Below are positions 1 to 48,600 of a stretch of 64,000 nucleotides of DNA, in pieces. Both the position numbers and the translations under genes were made by a program. Under the pieces are notes generated by a model. That model ran no database searches and was not told the origin of the DNA. It saw only the letters and a list, made by a program, of their open reading frames with translations. How positions within the stretch are numbered: position 1 is the stretch's first letter; each line of letters starts with the position of its first letter. The DNA comes from Eledone cirrhosa (lineage: Eukaryota), in assembly GCA_964016885.1 (NCBI GenBank), contig OZ024742.1, positions 218,736,001 to 218,800,000 of the forward strand. The letters are read 5' to 3'.

Positions 1-1155
1 CAAACAAATATCTGCAAAAAATATCTTAGAACATCGAAATTTTATGTTACTGGAATAAACTTGTATCTTGGCAAAAATTTGTAGATTCTAATGGTTTTTA
101 TTTTGATCAAAGTTTATTCTGAAATAAGATATGTCATTTTAAAATTAATGTTTAGAAACCTGCATTAATTTCTGAACAACTTCATTGTTTTTAACCATCC
201 TATCAATCTGGACTGAGATATATTGGGATGGCCATGACAGGTATAGACATTTATTATGTTGTAGTGCTGCTATAAAACAGCAGTAAGCCAAGGTCATGTG
301 TGGTTCCTGTTTGTTGCTAGATGAACTGAGCCACTATGAATCAGTTGTCCTGGCTTTGTACAAAGCGAATAAAAAATAGATGACTGATAAATTTCAGAAA
401 GCTGGTACAATGCAATAGAAATATATACAGGGCAAAAAATGACGAATAAAACAAAACAAAGTAATAGGTTACCTAGTATATTTGAACATGATGATATTTC
501 AAGACTAATACCCTCTTTTTAAATGTAAAACAAGAATAGTTCAAAACAAAAATGAACGATTGATGTGTTCTTCCTTAAATGGTAGACCAGTTAGAGAAGA
601 ACACATCTGTTTTACCCACTATATTTGAACATAATATTTCAGGGCTATTTCAAATGTACGGAAATACACTGGGTAAAAACATTACTTTGTTTTGTTTTGT
701 CATCATTTGCCCTTTATATATTTCCACCATATTGTACTGGCTTTCTGAAATTTATCAGTCATTTATTACATATCTTACAATGTTTCATATTAACTATGCT
801 ATTTTATTCTGAATAAAAACATATTTATCAATCATTCACAAAGATTTGAATTAATGTTAACATATTAAATACATGGATATGCAAACAGATAGTTAAGCAA
901 ATGTAAATATATTTATTGCAGAGAGCTTCAAAACTTAACTAGAAATAATTATGTGGTGAGGAAAAAAAACATTTGTTATTAACCAATATTACTTTAATTT
1001 TTTTTTTTTGGCAAGTATGGGAGATAACTCTGAACATATTTCAATCTTATGATTTGATACGCAAAGCAAAGACTTGCTGAAGGAGTGATATTTTGTTGAA
1101 GTCATAATAAAGCAGGTCGGGAGTTCTCTCCCATAGTTGTTAAAATAATTAAAAT

Positions 1156-1318
1156 AATTGTTTCTACTTTAGCCACAAGGCCAGCAATTATCCAGTACAT
1201 TACTGGTACTTTATTTTATCGACCCCGTAAGGATGAAAGGCAAAGTTAACCTCGGCGGGATTTGAACTGAGACTGTAAAGGGACGTAACTATGCTAGAAA
1301 GCATGGCGTCCAACCCTT
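1156..1318 (-). mobile_element. SINE family A
   Basis: Reverse complement of the same core and tail. Confidence 0.85.
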
Positions 1319-1654
1319 AATGATTCATCATCATTTCTAATTAGATTTTCAATGCTCACTGCATTAAATATTTTCATACTGTCTTAACTATTACTTTTAC
1401 ATGTGAATGGTGTCTCTGAGTAATATATTCTCTCCAATCAGTAGTTTAGTGCTGAGCAAGGGATGATTTATATTTGTATTTGGAAAGAAATAAAGCCTGC
1501 ATGTTTCGATAGATGTGTAATTGTAATATACATAAAAGGCAAAGTGTAAATGAACTGAGAAGAATTTGAGCATAAGAGGGATCAGATGCAGTGTGCATCC
1601 TGATCACCCCACCCTTCTCCCATGCCTTTACACCTCCTGCCCCAGTTCCCTGTC

Positions 1655-2100
1655 CACACTGAAGAGTGGTCGTTTTGTGCCATTACAAAAAGCACCCAGC
1701 CCACATTGTAAAGTGGTCATGTAGGTATCAACAAAAGCACCCAACCCACACTGTAAAGTGGTTGTGTAGGTATCACAACAAAAGGCACCCAGCCCACACT
1801 GTAAAGTGGTTGTGTAGGTATCACAACAAAAGCACCCAACCCACACTGTAAAGTGGTCGTGTAGGTATCACAACAAAAGGCACCCAGCCCACACTGTAAA
1901 GTGGGTGTGTAGGTGTCATGACAAAAAGCACCCAGCCTTCAGTGTAAAGTGGTTGTGTAGGTATCACAACAAAAGGCACCCAGCCCACACTGTAAAGTGG
2001 GTGTGTAGGTGTCATGACAAAAAGCACCCAGCCTACACTGTAAAGTGGTTGTGTAGATGTCATGACAAAAAGCAACCAGCACACACTGTAAATGTGGTTG
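1655..2100. repeat. 47-48-bp minisatellite, about 9 copies
   Basis: Unit cacactgtaaagtggttgtgtaggtatcacaacaaaaggcacccagcc. Confidence 0.92.
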
Positions 2101-2706
2101 GAATTAGGAAGGGCATCCAGCCATAGAAACCAAGCCAGAAACAGTTCTGTGTGAGCAAGACATGGTCACCTGACCTGACTTGCCTCAAATGAGACAACCC
2201 ATCTAACTCATGCTAATTTGGAAAATAGGCATTAAACAATGATGATGATGATTTATAAATTAGTTACCAGTTGGATATTTCAATACAACCCACAACCTCT
2301 TTTTTTTTTTTTTTTTTTTTTTTTTACATTTTGATATTTCAATGTTTCTTAACACGAAGCTGCATCGTGGATTCCATTCCTGGGCTGGGTGGTATGTTGT
2401 ATTTTTGAGCAAAACACTTTCATTTCACATTGCTCCAGTACACTGAAAATGAGTACCAGCAGTAGCTGTGAGTTAACCCAGTGATACACTGGCATCCTGT
2501 CCAGGGGAGTATTGTATTCTTAGCCATATAATGTCGAGGAAACTGGATAAGCATTGGCCTTCGGGCTTGGGATAGGCAGGCTTTAACTGTTTTTTTAATT
2601 TTTTATTAATGTTTTTTAAAAGTGATTTTATTCAAATACAGATCCATGCATGAAATGGAAGGTGACCATTGTATTGATGTTATTTTATGTTTCTGTTTCT
2701 TTCCAG

Positions 2707-37858
<35,152 letters not shown>

Positions 37859-38158
37859 GAAGTTAAACTGAACTTGTAACATAATTGAACATTATCTGAG
37901 TGGGGTTCACTATTGAAAAATTTACATTTGTCCACTTTATTATAAATAAGATGACTCTATTATTTTCTCTCTACAACAACACAGTATGGAAACTACAAGA
38001 ATTTATTGAACCAGAGTATATTGGTAGGTTTGGAACACATATAGTATTGGTGTGGGATGAATCTTGGAGCTATAACAAAGCCAGATAGTATGTGGTGTAT
38101 CCATATTGCTTTGCTGAGAATTTGGGGTACTCTCTCTAATTTTCTTCCACTGCTAGGC

Positions 38159-38200
<42 letters not shown>

Positions 38201-39119
38201 TTCATACTTCAGCATTAATATTTGGTCTTTACATACACACATTGTATAGATTAACTTTGAGTGATTGTTTAGACTTAAAACACTTCATTATAACTACAAT
38301 TAAAGAATTTACTGTTGATGAAATTAGTTTCTTTAATAACTTTTTTTTAAGTGAAGATTATTGGGTAGTTCGGTGATCAGAGAGTTGTTCCAGGCTGAGC
38401 TGCTAATATCTCTGAATCAAGAGATCACAGCTCCAATGTTATGGACATGTGGTTAACATGTCTAAGGAAAGAATCATTGGACAGATTTTATGGGCAAAAC
38501 CAACTGGCAGGAGACTCAGGGGTAGACCATGAGCAAGATGGTTGACTAACATCTATGAGCTCAGCTGGTCTTGCTTGAGGATCCAGCCAGATCAATTGGA
38601 AATGGTTGATTCTGAAAGGACCCTTTGGAAGGCATGACTTAGGACTTTGACTCCATGACACTTCCAGGCATAAATGGGTGAAGAAGAAGAATATGGGGGA
38701 AAACTGCATTTGTAAGTGTTGAATTAGGTTGGTGGCTGCATATATAAGGGGGATATTGCATCTTTAAGAGAAAATAAGAGTGAAAGGGGAACGTTTTACA
38801 GACAATTTAAAAATGTCCTTCAAAAAACCTCAATATCAATTCCAGTAGCTGGAAATCACTTGCCCTGGATCACCTAACCTGGCGAAGCAAAATCTTTGAG
38901 GAAGTATTTGCAGCAGAAACCAGATGCATCACACAGGCTCTAAGGAAGTGCAAGCCACATTCACTTCCACTGCAGCACTTTCCCACATGTGCTCCACATA
39001 TGGGCATGATTATGTGCCTGAATTGGTCTCATCAGTCACCTTGGGAACCACAACCAAAGATTCTCCATCCAATATTGAAGCCATAGTCGTCTTTGATTCT
39101 GAAGTACGAACAGCAGCAC

Positions 39120-39497
39120 ACTTTCATTGGCTCAACCTACTTGATGGCACTTACACTCGCCTGCTTCAATGCATTCAGAATATAAGCTGGCGACATCTGC
39201 CTTTGAGAGAGATATATGCTGGCCTTCCATGCATATCTATCGTACGTAAAAGGAGAGTAAGATTTGCTGGCCATTCCCATCGTGCCACCTACGAGGCTGT
39301 TTCCCCATTAGTGCTTTGGAAGCCACAAGTGTCACTAATAACAGGGGGCGCAAGCTCTCCTATCCCAATGTCATCTCCAGAGATTCTGGTATTGAAATTC
39401 AGGACTTGGCAACGGCAATGGATGACAGACCCACGTGGAGATCAATTGTTGAGTAGATTTCGGCTGAGGCCGCCAAATCATGATGAGGATGATGATG
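39120..39497 (+). mobile_element. RTE LINE 3' fragment
   Basis: LDGTYTRLL..IQNISW...RRVRFAGH...LVLWKP and a (GAT)n tail. Confidence 0.75.
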
Positions 39498-39555
39498 GCT
39501 CACTGCTATTGGCAACAGGAGTACTATATAATTAACTAGTATTTTACTATCTTCT

Positions 39556-40430
39556 AGTGTTGAGTCAAAGGTCTGTTATGTACTTACAGAAGACACCAGA
39601 GAACCTCAGCAGTGTTGAGTCCAAGGTGTGTTATATACTTACAGAAGACACAAGAGAACCTCTGCAGTGTTGAGTCCAAGATCTGTTATATACTTACAGA
39701 AGACAACAGAGAACCTCAGCAGTGTTGATTCCAAGATCTGTTATATACTTACAGAAGACAACAGAGAACCTCAGCAGTGTTGATTCCAAGATCTGTTATA
39801 TACTTACAGAAGACAACAGAGAACCTCAGCAGTGTTGATTCCAAGATCTGTTATATACTTACAGAAGACAACAGAGAACCTCAGCAGTGTTGATTCCAAG
39901 ATCTGTTATATACTTACAGAAGACAACAGAGAACCTCAGCAGTGTTGATTCCAAGATCTGTTATATACTTACAGAAGACAACAGAGAACCTCAGCAGTGT
40001 TGATTCCAAGATCTGTTATATACTTACAGAAGACAACAGAGAACCTCAGCAGTGTTGATTCCAAGATCTGTTATATACTTACAGAAGACAACAGAGAACC
40101 TCAGCAGTGTTGATTCCAAGATCTGTTATATACTTACAGAAGACAACAGAGAACCTCAGCAGTGTTGATTCCAAGATCTGTTATATACTTACAGAAGACA
40201 ACAGAGAACCTCAGCAGTGTTGAGTCCAAGATCTGTTATATACTTACAGAAGACAACAGAGAACCTCAGCAGTGTTGATTCCAAGATCTGTTATATACTT
40301 ACAGAAGACAACAGAGAACCTCAGCAGTGTTGAGTCCAAGATCTGTTATATACTTACAGAAGACAACAGAGAACCTCAGCAGTGTTGATTCCAAGATGTG
40401 TTTATACTTACAGAAGGCAACAAGGAACTT
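39556..40430. repeat. Homogeneous 55-bp minisatellite, about 16 copies
   Basis: Unit agtgttgattccaagatctgttatatacttacagaagacaacagagaacctcagc, head to tail with no spacers. Confidence 0.95.
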
Positions 40431-41005
40431 TGCTGTGTGTTCATTTATTTCTAAAGAGATTTAGAAATTTGCAATCTCAGCAAGATTTTAACTGAACATA
40501 AAATCATGAGTGGTATAAGACAAAAAATAAAAGAAAGAAAACATTGACATCTAACATAATTAGCCAAGTAGTTTAATTGATTCATTAAAATATATTAAAA
40601 CAGCAAAACAATAATAAGCTACAAAAGTATAACATGCATTATCTCATGAATTTCACTCAGAAGGCATCGGTTACGCCCCAGGGGAAGGCATGTGTCCCAG
40701 GTGTCATGCTGTGGGGATGAACACCAGACTATAAAGCTGCAAACCAAAGTTGTTAACCACACAACAATGCCTGTGCCTATTTATGTTTATGTTTATCTCC
40801 CAAACATCTCTGAAACCCAAACCAATGCAAACTAACTGGAGTTCAAAGTTATTAATTTTACACTCTAAAGGAGAAACAGAGTTTTAGTCTGTGACCCTTC
40901 ATCAAGAAACAGAATATAAAGAAATTTGTTAGATTATGGCCAGTTGAAGTAACAGAACTGAATGAGGTTTTCGAGAAGAAAAGATTTCCAAATCAAGGAA
41001 GATAA

Positions 41006-41194
41006 ATGTTTCTACTTTTGACACAAGGCCAGCAATTATTCCACTGAATTGCTGGTGCTTTATTTTATCGACCCCGTAAGGATGAAAGGCAAAGTTAACC
41101 TCAACAGGATTTGAACTCAGTACATAAAGGGCCATAACTCTATGCTGCAAAGCATGGTGTCTGATGCTCTACTGATATTGCCAATCCACCACCC
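41006..41194 (-). mobile_element. SINE family A
   Basis: Full-length reverse copy flanked by the direct repeat ccaaatcaaggaagataa (TSD-like). Confidence 0.88.
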
Positions 41195-41514
41195 AAATCA
41201 AGGAAGATAATGTTTAGAGTTTACTTTTGCTTTTTATTCAAATGTACTTTTGGAAAGAATTTAATTTAATCATTATATTATCTGTACAGGTTTCCAGCTT
41301 AGGATCAAACACTTTATTTGATCATGCCCTAATCCTTACTTGACTAAACATACACCACATATACAAATAGCAAGAGATGGAATGGGGGAACTAACTTAGT
41401 AAATTATTTGTCTCATTGGCAAGGATGAAACCTAAAACAAACTATATATCTGGAGGGAATCAGGCACATATAAATGTTAAAAAATAAAATTTTAAATCCA
41501 TTAAATATCTTTTT

Positions 41515-42294
41515 TTATACAGGTTTTCTGTTAATGTTTCTACATCCTTTAGTGTGAGGATGGGTCTGCCCTGTTGAAATTGATGTAATATTTGAAACAA
41601 GAATTTTACACACACTTGATGGACTTTTGCTGTTTGGAATGTTGTGGATATTGGTGGGGTTTTTTGTTGTTAGTATTAATGTATTTGGAGGCAATGGTGA
41701 GGGTGTTGTAGATGTTGGTAGTTTTGTTGTTAGTGTTAGTGTATTTAGAGGCAATGGTAGAGATGTGGATGTTGGTGGTTTTGTTGTTAGTGTTAGTGTC
41801 TCTGGAGGCAATAGTGAAGTTGTGGATATTTGGAGTTTTATATTGTTGTTGGTGTTAGTGTCTCTTGAAGCAATGTTGTTGGTGGTGGGTATAGTGTCAA
41901 TTAGACAAAAGTCAATTCCACACTGTGTTGTCTAAGTATAAATGTTAGTGTCAGTAACTAAAGTTTTGGGTGTAGTTGACTAAATAGGGAACTGAAGCAA
42001 GAGCAGTTGAGGAACAAAGGTCTGAAGATAATGTACAGTGAGTTACACTAGGGAAGATACACCACTGTTAAGACCATCTGTAGTTTCTTTTGTTGATGGT
42101 TGTAGTGGTGGTGGTGGTTGTTGTGTTGGTGGTAGTAGTGGTGGTGGTTGTGTTAGTTATGTTTGTGTTGGTTGTGATGGTAGCTGTGGTTCTGTTAGTT
42201 GTATTTTAGTTGGTAGTTGTGGTGGTAGTGGTGGTGGTGGTTGTGTTAGTGGTTTTGTTGGTAATTGTGGAAGTGTTGATTGTGGTGATGATTG
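41515..42294 (-). pseudogene. Decayed continuation of the mucin-like coding region past the stop codon
   Basis: The same frame keeps reading P/Q/T/S-rich peptide (QSSPQSTLPQLPTKP...LPPETLTLTTKPPTSTS), with further stops at 42157, 42043, 41980 and 41932. Confidence 0.6.
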
Positions 42295-43375
42295 TTATGT
42301 TGGTTGTGTTGGTTGTGGTGGCGGTGGTTGTGTTGTTGTTGGTGGTGGTGGTTGTGGCGACGGTTGCTGTTGTGTTGGTGGTGGTTTTGTTGGTGGTTGT
42401 GGTGGCGGTGGTGGTTGTTTTGTTGGTAGTTGTGGTGGTGGTGGTTGTGTTGGTGGTTGTTGTGTTGGTGTTGGTTGTTTTGTTGGTGTTGGTTGTTTTG
42501 TTGGTGGTTGTGGTGGCGGTGGCTGTTGTGTTGGTGGTTGTGGTGTTGGTTGTTTTGTTGGTGGTTGTGGTGGCGGTGGCTGTTGTGGTGGTGGTTGTTT
42601 TGTTGGTGGTTGTGGTGGCTGTTGTGTTGGTGGTGGTGATTGTTGTGTTGGTGGTTGTTGTGTTGGTGTTGGTTGTTTTGTTGGTAGCTGCGGTGGCTGT
42701 TGTGTTGGTGGTTGTGGTGGTGGTTGTTTTGTTGGTGGTTGTGGTGGCGGTGGCTGTTGTGGTGGTGGTTGTTTTGTTGGTGGTTGTGGTGGCGGTGGCT
42801 GTTGTGGTGGTGGTTGTTGTGGTGGTGGCGGTGGCTGTTGTGTTGGTGGTTGTTGTGGTGGTGGTTGTTTTGTTGGTGGTTGTGGTGGCGGTGGTTGTTG
42901 TGTTAATAGTTGTTGTGTCGGTTGTGTTGCTTGTCGTCGTGGTAGTGTTGATTCTTGTAGAGGTTGTAGTTGTGGTGTTGGTTCTCGTGGAGGTTGTGTT
43001 GATTGTTGTGAATGTTGTTGTGATGATGGAGGTGGTGATGGTTGTGATGGTTTCTTTGTTGGTGGTTGCATAGTGACCACTTGACGTGTCACTGATATAG
43101 GCCATATTGTTGATCCAAGGGAGCTTCCTTTAGACATTCTATTCCCAATATTTACAGTTCGAACATCCATGCTAATCTTATTAAAATCTTCACTCTGTTG
43201 TTTTGTACCAGTTATATATTGGGCATCAGTTATTTTCACTAGAAGCCCATCAATTATCCTCACACAATCCATTGCTTTCAGCCCCCTCCTGGGACAATTC
43301 TTAATTATAGATATTACATTCTTCAGTAAAATATTCTCTTCAGTAAAATACAGTGTAAAATTGATGAAATTTTCT
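42295..43375 (-). CDS. Terminal exon: end of SEA-like domain ([10 protein letters not shown]...) plus [10 protein letters not shown]-type repeats
   Basis: ttttctttattacag acceptor; frame matches ORF 42295..43404; TAA at 42295-42297. Confidence 0.78.
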
Positions 43376-45631
43376 CTGTAATAAAGAAAAGTTGATGTGT
43401 GCATTCAAATGATATTGCTAGCCAAACTTTTTACATATACTTTATATACACATAATACATATATATATACTTGACAACCTCCCCCATGTACTCGATAGAA
43501 CGTAAGACCATATGTAAGTGAAATGCAAATCTCAGGCCTATCTGGGAGGTCCATAGCCCCACATCAGTACTGACTTGATCTATTTAAACCCATCTAACTC
43601 TTGCTTGCATGGAAAGTGGATATTAAACGACAATGATGATGATGATATATATATATATATAGTAATAATAATAAATTTGAAGACTAAAATCCAAGGATAA
43701 ATATATATCAGATATATAAGAACCGTAGAGCAAATATTTATTAAAATAACAGATTAAAGTTTAAGCAAAGAATCGCTGCTTTCACCCTTAACGGGATCTT
43801 CTGAAACTAAAAAAGTCAATCTGTGAACGCAGAAGTAAATATTTCAAAAAACGTTGCAACCGTTCATTGCCAGAGAACGTCTCCATGAACCACCTAAGAG
43901 AATATTAGTCTACGACTTCAGTTATACCATAAACGTGGTTTTGTCTTTGCGTGTAATTGTTTTCACCGTACCAAATAATGACGTATTATCTTCGTTTTTA
44001 TTCAATCTTTGCCAGGGAACGTTTCAACGAACCAAAGTATCGTCTTCCTGTCTTCTTTTGGTTGCAACGTTTTTTTGAAATATTTACTTCTGCATTCACA
44101 GATTGATTTTTTTAGTTTCAGAAGATCCCATTAAGGGTGAAAGCAGCGATTCTTTGCTTAAACTTTAATCTGTTATTTTAATAAATATATATATATATAT
44201 CATCATCATCATCATCATCACCATTTTACGTCCGCTTTTCCCTGCTTGCAAGGGTGGGACAATATATATATATAAAGTATATCAAGACGAAGTTTCCCAT
44301 GAATGTTTTCATTTATTATTGACCTATGTACATTTCACAGATAATTAGCGTATGGTTATAGACCTGGCTCCACCATCAATCTGTTCATCAGACTTCTTAA
44401 TCAAGCTAAAAACCAAAAAAACAAAATTTCATCATACATCATCATCATTGTTTTTAAATCCATGTTTCCATGCTGCCCTGGTTTGGATGAAATATTTTTA
44501 GACAATGTTTTAGAGCCAGATTGCCTTTTTAGTCACCTTTTATGATATTCAGGGATATGGTAATTTATTTGAAAAACCAGGATTCCCCCCCCCCCCCCCC
44601 CATATACACATAAACACATGTGGAATAAAAACTTAACAGCAAGACAGATGATAAATCAAAATGATATTAGTGCTACATTAAAATAATCAAATTAAACGTG
44701 CCAACCCTTACCTATGGTCATCTTGGGTAATGACCAAAACAATATGATCACGAATACAAGTGGCTGAAATGGAGTTCATCTGAAGGGTCTTTGGAGTAAC
44801 ATTACTCGATAGAGTACGTAGTTCGGAGATCAGAAAGTCACTCCATGTAGAGCTGTTACTTCTCTGAATTGAGAGATCACAGCTCTGGTGCTATGGGCAT
44901 GTGGTTAGAATGTCCCAGAAAAGAATTGCTGGGCAAAACCAACAGACAGGAGTCCCCCCAAGGGTAGACCCCCGAACAAAATGGTTGTATAACATCCATG
45001 GGCTTGGCTGGTCTCACTTGGGGATCCAGCTGGATTCTGACAGGACTCACTGGAAGGAGTGTTTGAGGACTCTGCCCTCATGACCCTCCCAGGATTAAGT
45101 GGGTGAAGAAGAAGAAGATTTGATATTGCATAGGACCACAACACTCACATACACACAAAAATACTCTGTCGTGGAACACAGCTACACATTTGACATCATT
45201 GTAACTAATGCAAGGGCAAGAAAATATCTATGAACCACTGATGAGTTTATAAATTCTGTACACAAAATATACATAGTGGCATGCTTGTTATTATTGGAGC
45301 AAATGGATATATATCTAATGTACCCCCCACCTTTACTTTGATCAAAGTATGTGCATCATTTTTGGAGCTGTTTGATCTTCTGTCATGTGCATTCAATTTA
45401 TTAAATTAGTATACAGTTGTAAACTCTTTATTTGGTCATATAAGTATAAAGGCAGCGAATTGGCAGAATTGTTTGAACGTCGGATAGAATTCTTTGCAAT
45501 ATTCTTTCTGACTGTCTACTCTCTGAGTTCAAATCCTGCCAAGGCCAACTTTGCCGTTCTTCCTCTCAAGATTGATAAAATAAAAGTACCAGTCTAGTAC
45601 TGGGTTGGATTTTCTCTCTTTCTCACTTCCC

Positions 45632-45666
<35 letters not shown>

Positions 45667-48600
45667 TTCTCTGGAAGAAATCTGCTGTTTTCAGACATGG
45701 AGAGGGATGGGCTCTACCAGGTTTAAAAATGCCCAAGAAATGCTGTACATCGCTACAGTGTCCCTACAACTCTCTCAGGAGTTATGGGTCCATACCATAC
45801 AAATGACTGGGTATTCTATAGACACATCCTTAATATAATTCGCAAACCAAACCAGAGTGACACAATAATTGACATTGTTGGACATTTGAATAGCATCTAA
45901 TAAGCTTCCACACAGTTTCCACCTACCTAAATTTTACTCACAAGATTCAGGTTGACTCAAGGCTATGATAAACACTCTCTAAAGATGTTCCGTAGTGGGA
46001 TCAAATCTGGGGATGATTGATTGCAAAGCAAACTTCTTAACTACTTAGCCATGCTTGCATTCACATTTTAGAATGCAGACACAAAGGGTCTTTGGAACAA
46101 TGTTACTTGATTCAGTGCATAGCTCAGAGGTCAGAGTTGCCCCAGGTAGAGCTGCTGTACAGATTTTATGAGCAAAACCAACCAGCAGGAGCCCCAGGTG
46201 TAGACTCCAAGCAAGATGGTTGGATAATATCCATGAGCTCAGCTGGTCTCTCTTGGGGACCCAGCTGAATCAATTGGCGATGGTTTCTTCTGACAGGACC
46301 TGCAGGAAGGTGTGTTTGCGGACTCTGTTCCAGTGACCCTTCCAGGAATAAGTGAGCAAAGAAGAAGAATACACACAGAAATAAGAGGAAATCTACTTAC
46401 TTCAGTGCAACAACTTCACAACCTCGATAGGTTTTATTGATAATACTTTCTAGGTATAGGATATCCAGCTGCAGAAAATATACAGATATAAGAAACCTTT
46501 AGAGACACTCACAATTTGAAGGTATTTGTATATGTTATGCTTTTACATTAATAAATGAGAGAATTTACACACTAAGATATTTAAATATTTACACTGGTAT
46601 ATTGAGGCATTTAAATTTCAATAATTATATTCACACATTAGTGATTTAAAAGATTAATAAGCTATTACAATTAAACAATTGAAACATTAACTTTTGCACT
46701 GACTATTATAAATACTTGTTTTTGAATATCCTCAAAGAAATTAGGAATCTAAACACTCATATACAGACATAAGAACCATTTACACTACTGTATGAAAGTT
46801 TTTATTTTTATTTTAGTAATTTAATAGATTTGTACACTAGGCATTCAAACTAGTGTTTTCTTTACATGATCCATTTTTGACTGAATACCTTTCCTAATAC
46901 CAAGGACTTTACTGAGTGTGCTGGTTGCATTTTGTCAAGGTTCTGGCATTAGAGAGGTTGTCAATTTCTTAACGTTACTGAAGAGTCCTTTCTATATTGT
47001 CTCTATTTGATCGCCAGTCATCTTACAGAGTATACTGGGTGAATTTTATCATGGTATCAACACTAATGAAGCAGCCTTGTTGCTTGCAGGGCAAAGAACC
47101 CATTCTACTTCATGTAGTCTCTTTTCTTTCAAAACAAACATGACCAGGAGTGGAAATAGGAGAGGAATAAGAGATATATAGATATTAGTGTGATTGAGTT
47201 ATAGAATGATAGAATAATAGGGGAGGGCTTAATGGAGTATAGAGTATAAAAGAAAATCAGTTACAAAAGATGAATTAAAAATTGAAATTGAAAGTTTACC
47301 TCCCTACAAAATCCAGTAGAAAGCTGAGTCCTTGACTTCATATCTAAATGGTCCAAAAATCGACCATGAGTTGAATTGATGATGTTCAGCTTAATATTTA
47401 CAGTGGAAAAATCTGCAAATGAGAGGAAGATAAGACTTTAAAACATTGGAAAGACCCTAAATTTGTTGGTAGAATTACAAGTTCTAAATTTGCTTGGTAT
47501 TTGAGGCATGCAAAATGAGATTTGAACTCTGTAGTAAAGTAAAGACTTTTAACACTTTTGATTCCAACCCACCTTAAACCACATCTGGTTTTAAGGAACA
47601 AAACCATTCAATTTTAAAAGGCTTCTGTTTAAATGAAAATCTTCCAACATAAATTTTATACAAGTAACTTTTGTTGTGCTACAAATTCTTCCAAATTCTA
47701 CATTAATTAATTGAAAACTCTATTTTATTAAACACTAGCAGTGGTACCCGGCGTTGCACGGGATAAAGTATTTTGGAATGCGGGCCGCCAACAGACCTAA
47801 TCGTGGAAAAACTGCATGCCTGGACAATATGTAAAGAAAATAAACCGAATACTCTGATGGCTGGATAATCTTTAAGATTTTCCTCGAAGCAGGAAAAATG
47901 CAGGTTTTCACCTAATGCGGGCCCTAGGGGATCAAGAAAATGAATTTTTTTATGTGCATAATATGCTTTGAAATTTCGGGAAAATCGGCTAGACGTAACG
48001 TCTCCAAAAAGCCCTAAAAAGCTGAAAAAATGAAGTTTTTCACCTAATGCGGGCCCCAGGCCATAAAAAAATTGGATTTTCTTTGCTCACGGTATGAAGA
48101 AGAGACTGACTAATACATAGTTACAATTTCAAGGAAATCGGTCTGACGTAACGCCTCAAAAAACCCATAAAAAGCTTAAAAAACGTAGTTTTTCACCTAA
48201 TGCGGGCCATAGGAGACAAAATGTTGAATTTTTTATGTGCATATCACTCCCTGAAACATAAGTAATACACATGTAAAGTTTGAAAAAATCGGTTGGGTAC
48301 TTCTCGAGTTTTAGTGATTCAAACTCACACACAGACACACAGACATCCTCAGGGAAGTGACGTAATGAAGACAGCCAGACATACAGACATACAGACAGAT
48401 ATTATAATGGCGGTGGATTGGCAGTGTCGGTAGAGGGTCGGACGCCATGCTTTGACGCATAGAGTTACGGCCCTTGCCATTCTGAGTTCAAATCCCGCCG
48501 AGGTTAACTTTGCCTTTCATCCTTATGGGGTCGATAAAATAAAGTACCAGTAATGCTCTGGGTAATTGCTGGCCCTGTGCCCAAAGTAGAAACAATTATA

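Noticed and set aside
39556-40430. Possible CRISPR array
   Set aside because: Units are contiguous with no unique spacers, there are no cas genes, and the context is eukaryotic
40875-40910. Minus-strand TTGATGAAGGGTCACAGACTAAAAC HHR-like string
   Set aside because: Both core boxes are mutated and the stems are weak; cannot be supported
42038-43084. 348-aa Cys/Gly-rich keratin-associated-like ORF and Val/Trp-rich ORFs on the + strand
   Set aside because: These are antisense shadows of the CCA/CAA/ACA repeat in the minus-strand exon; no splice or start context
42206-43105. 299-aa Thr-rich mucin ORF on the - strand
   Set aside because: Alternative frame of the same repeat; splice phase from the upstream exons selects the Pro/Gln frame
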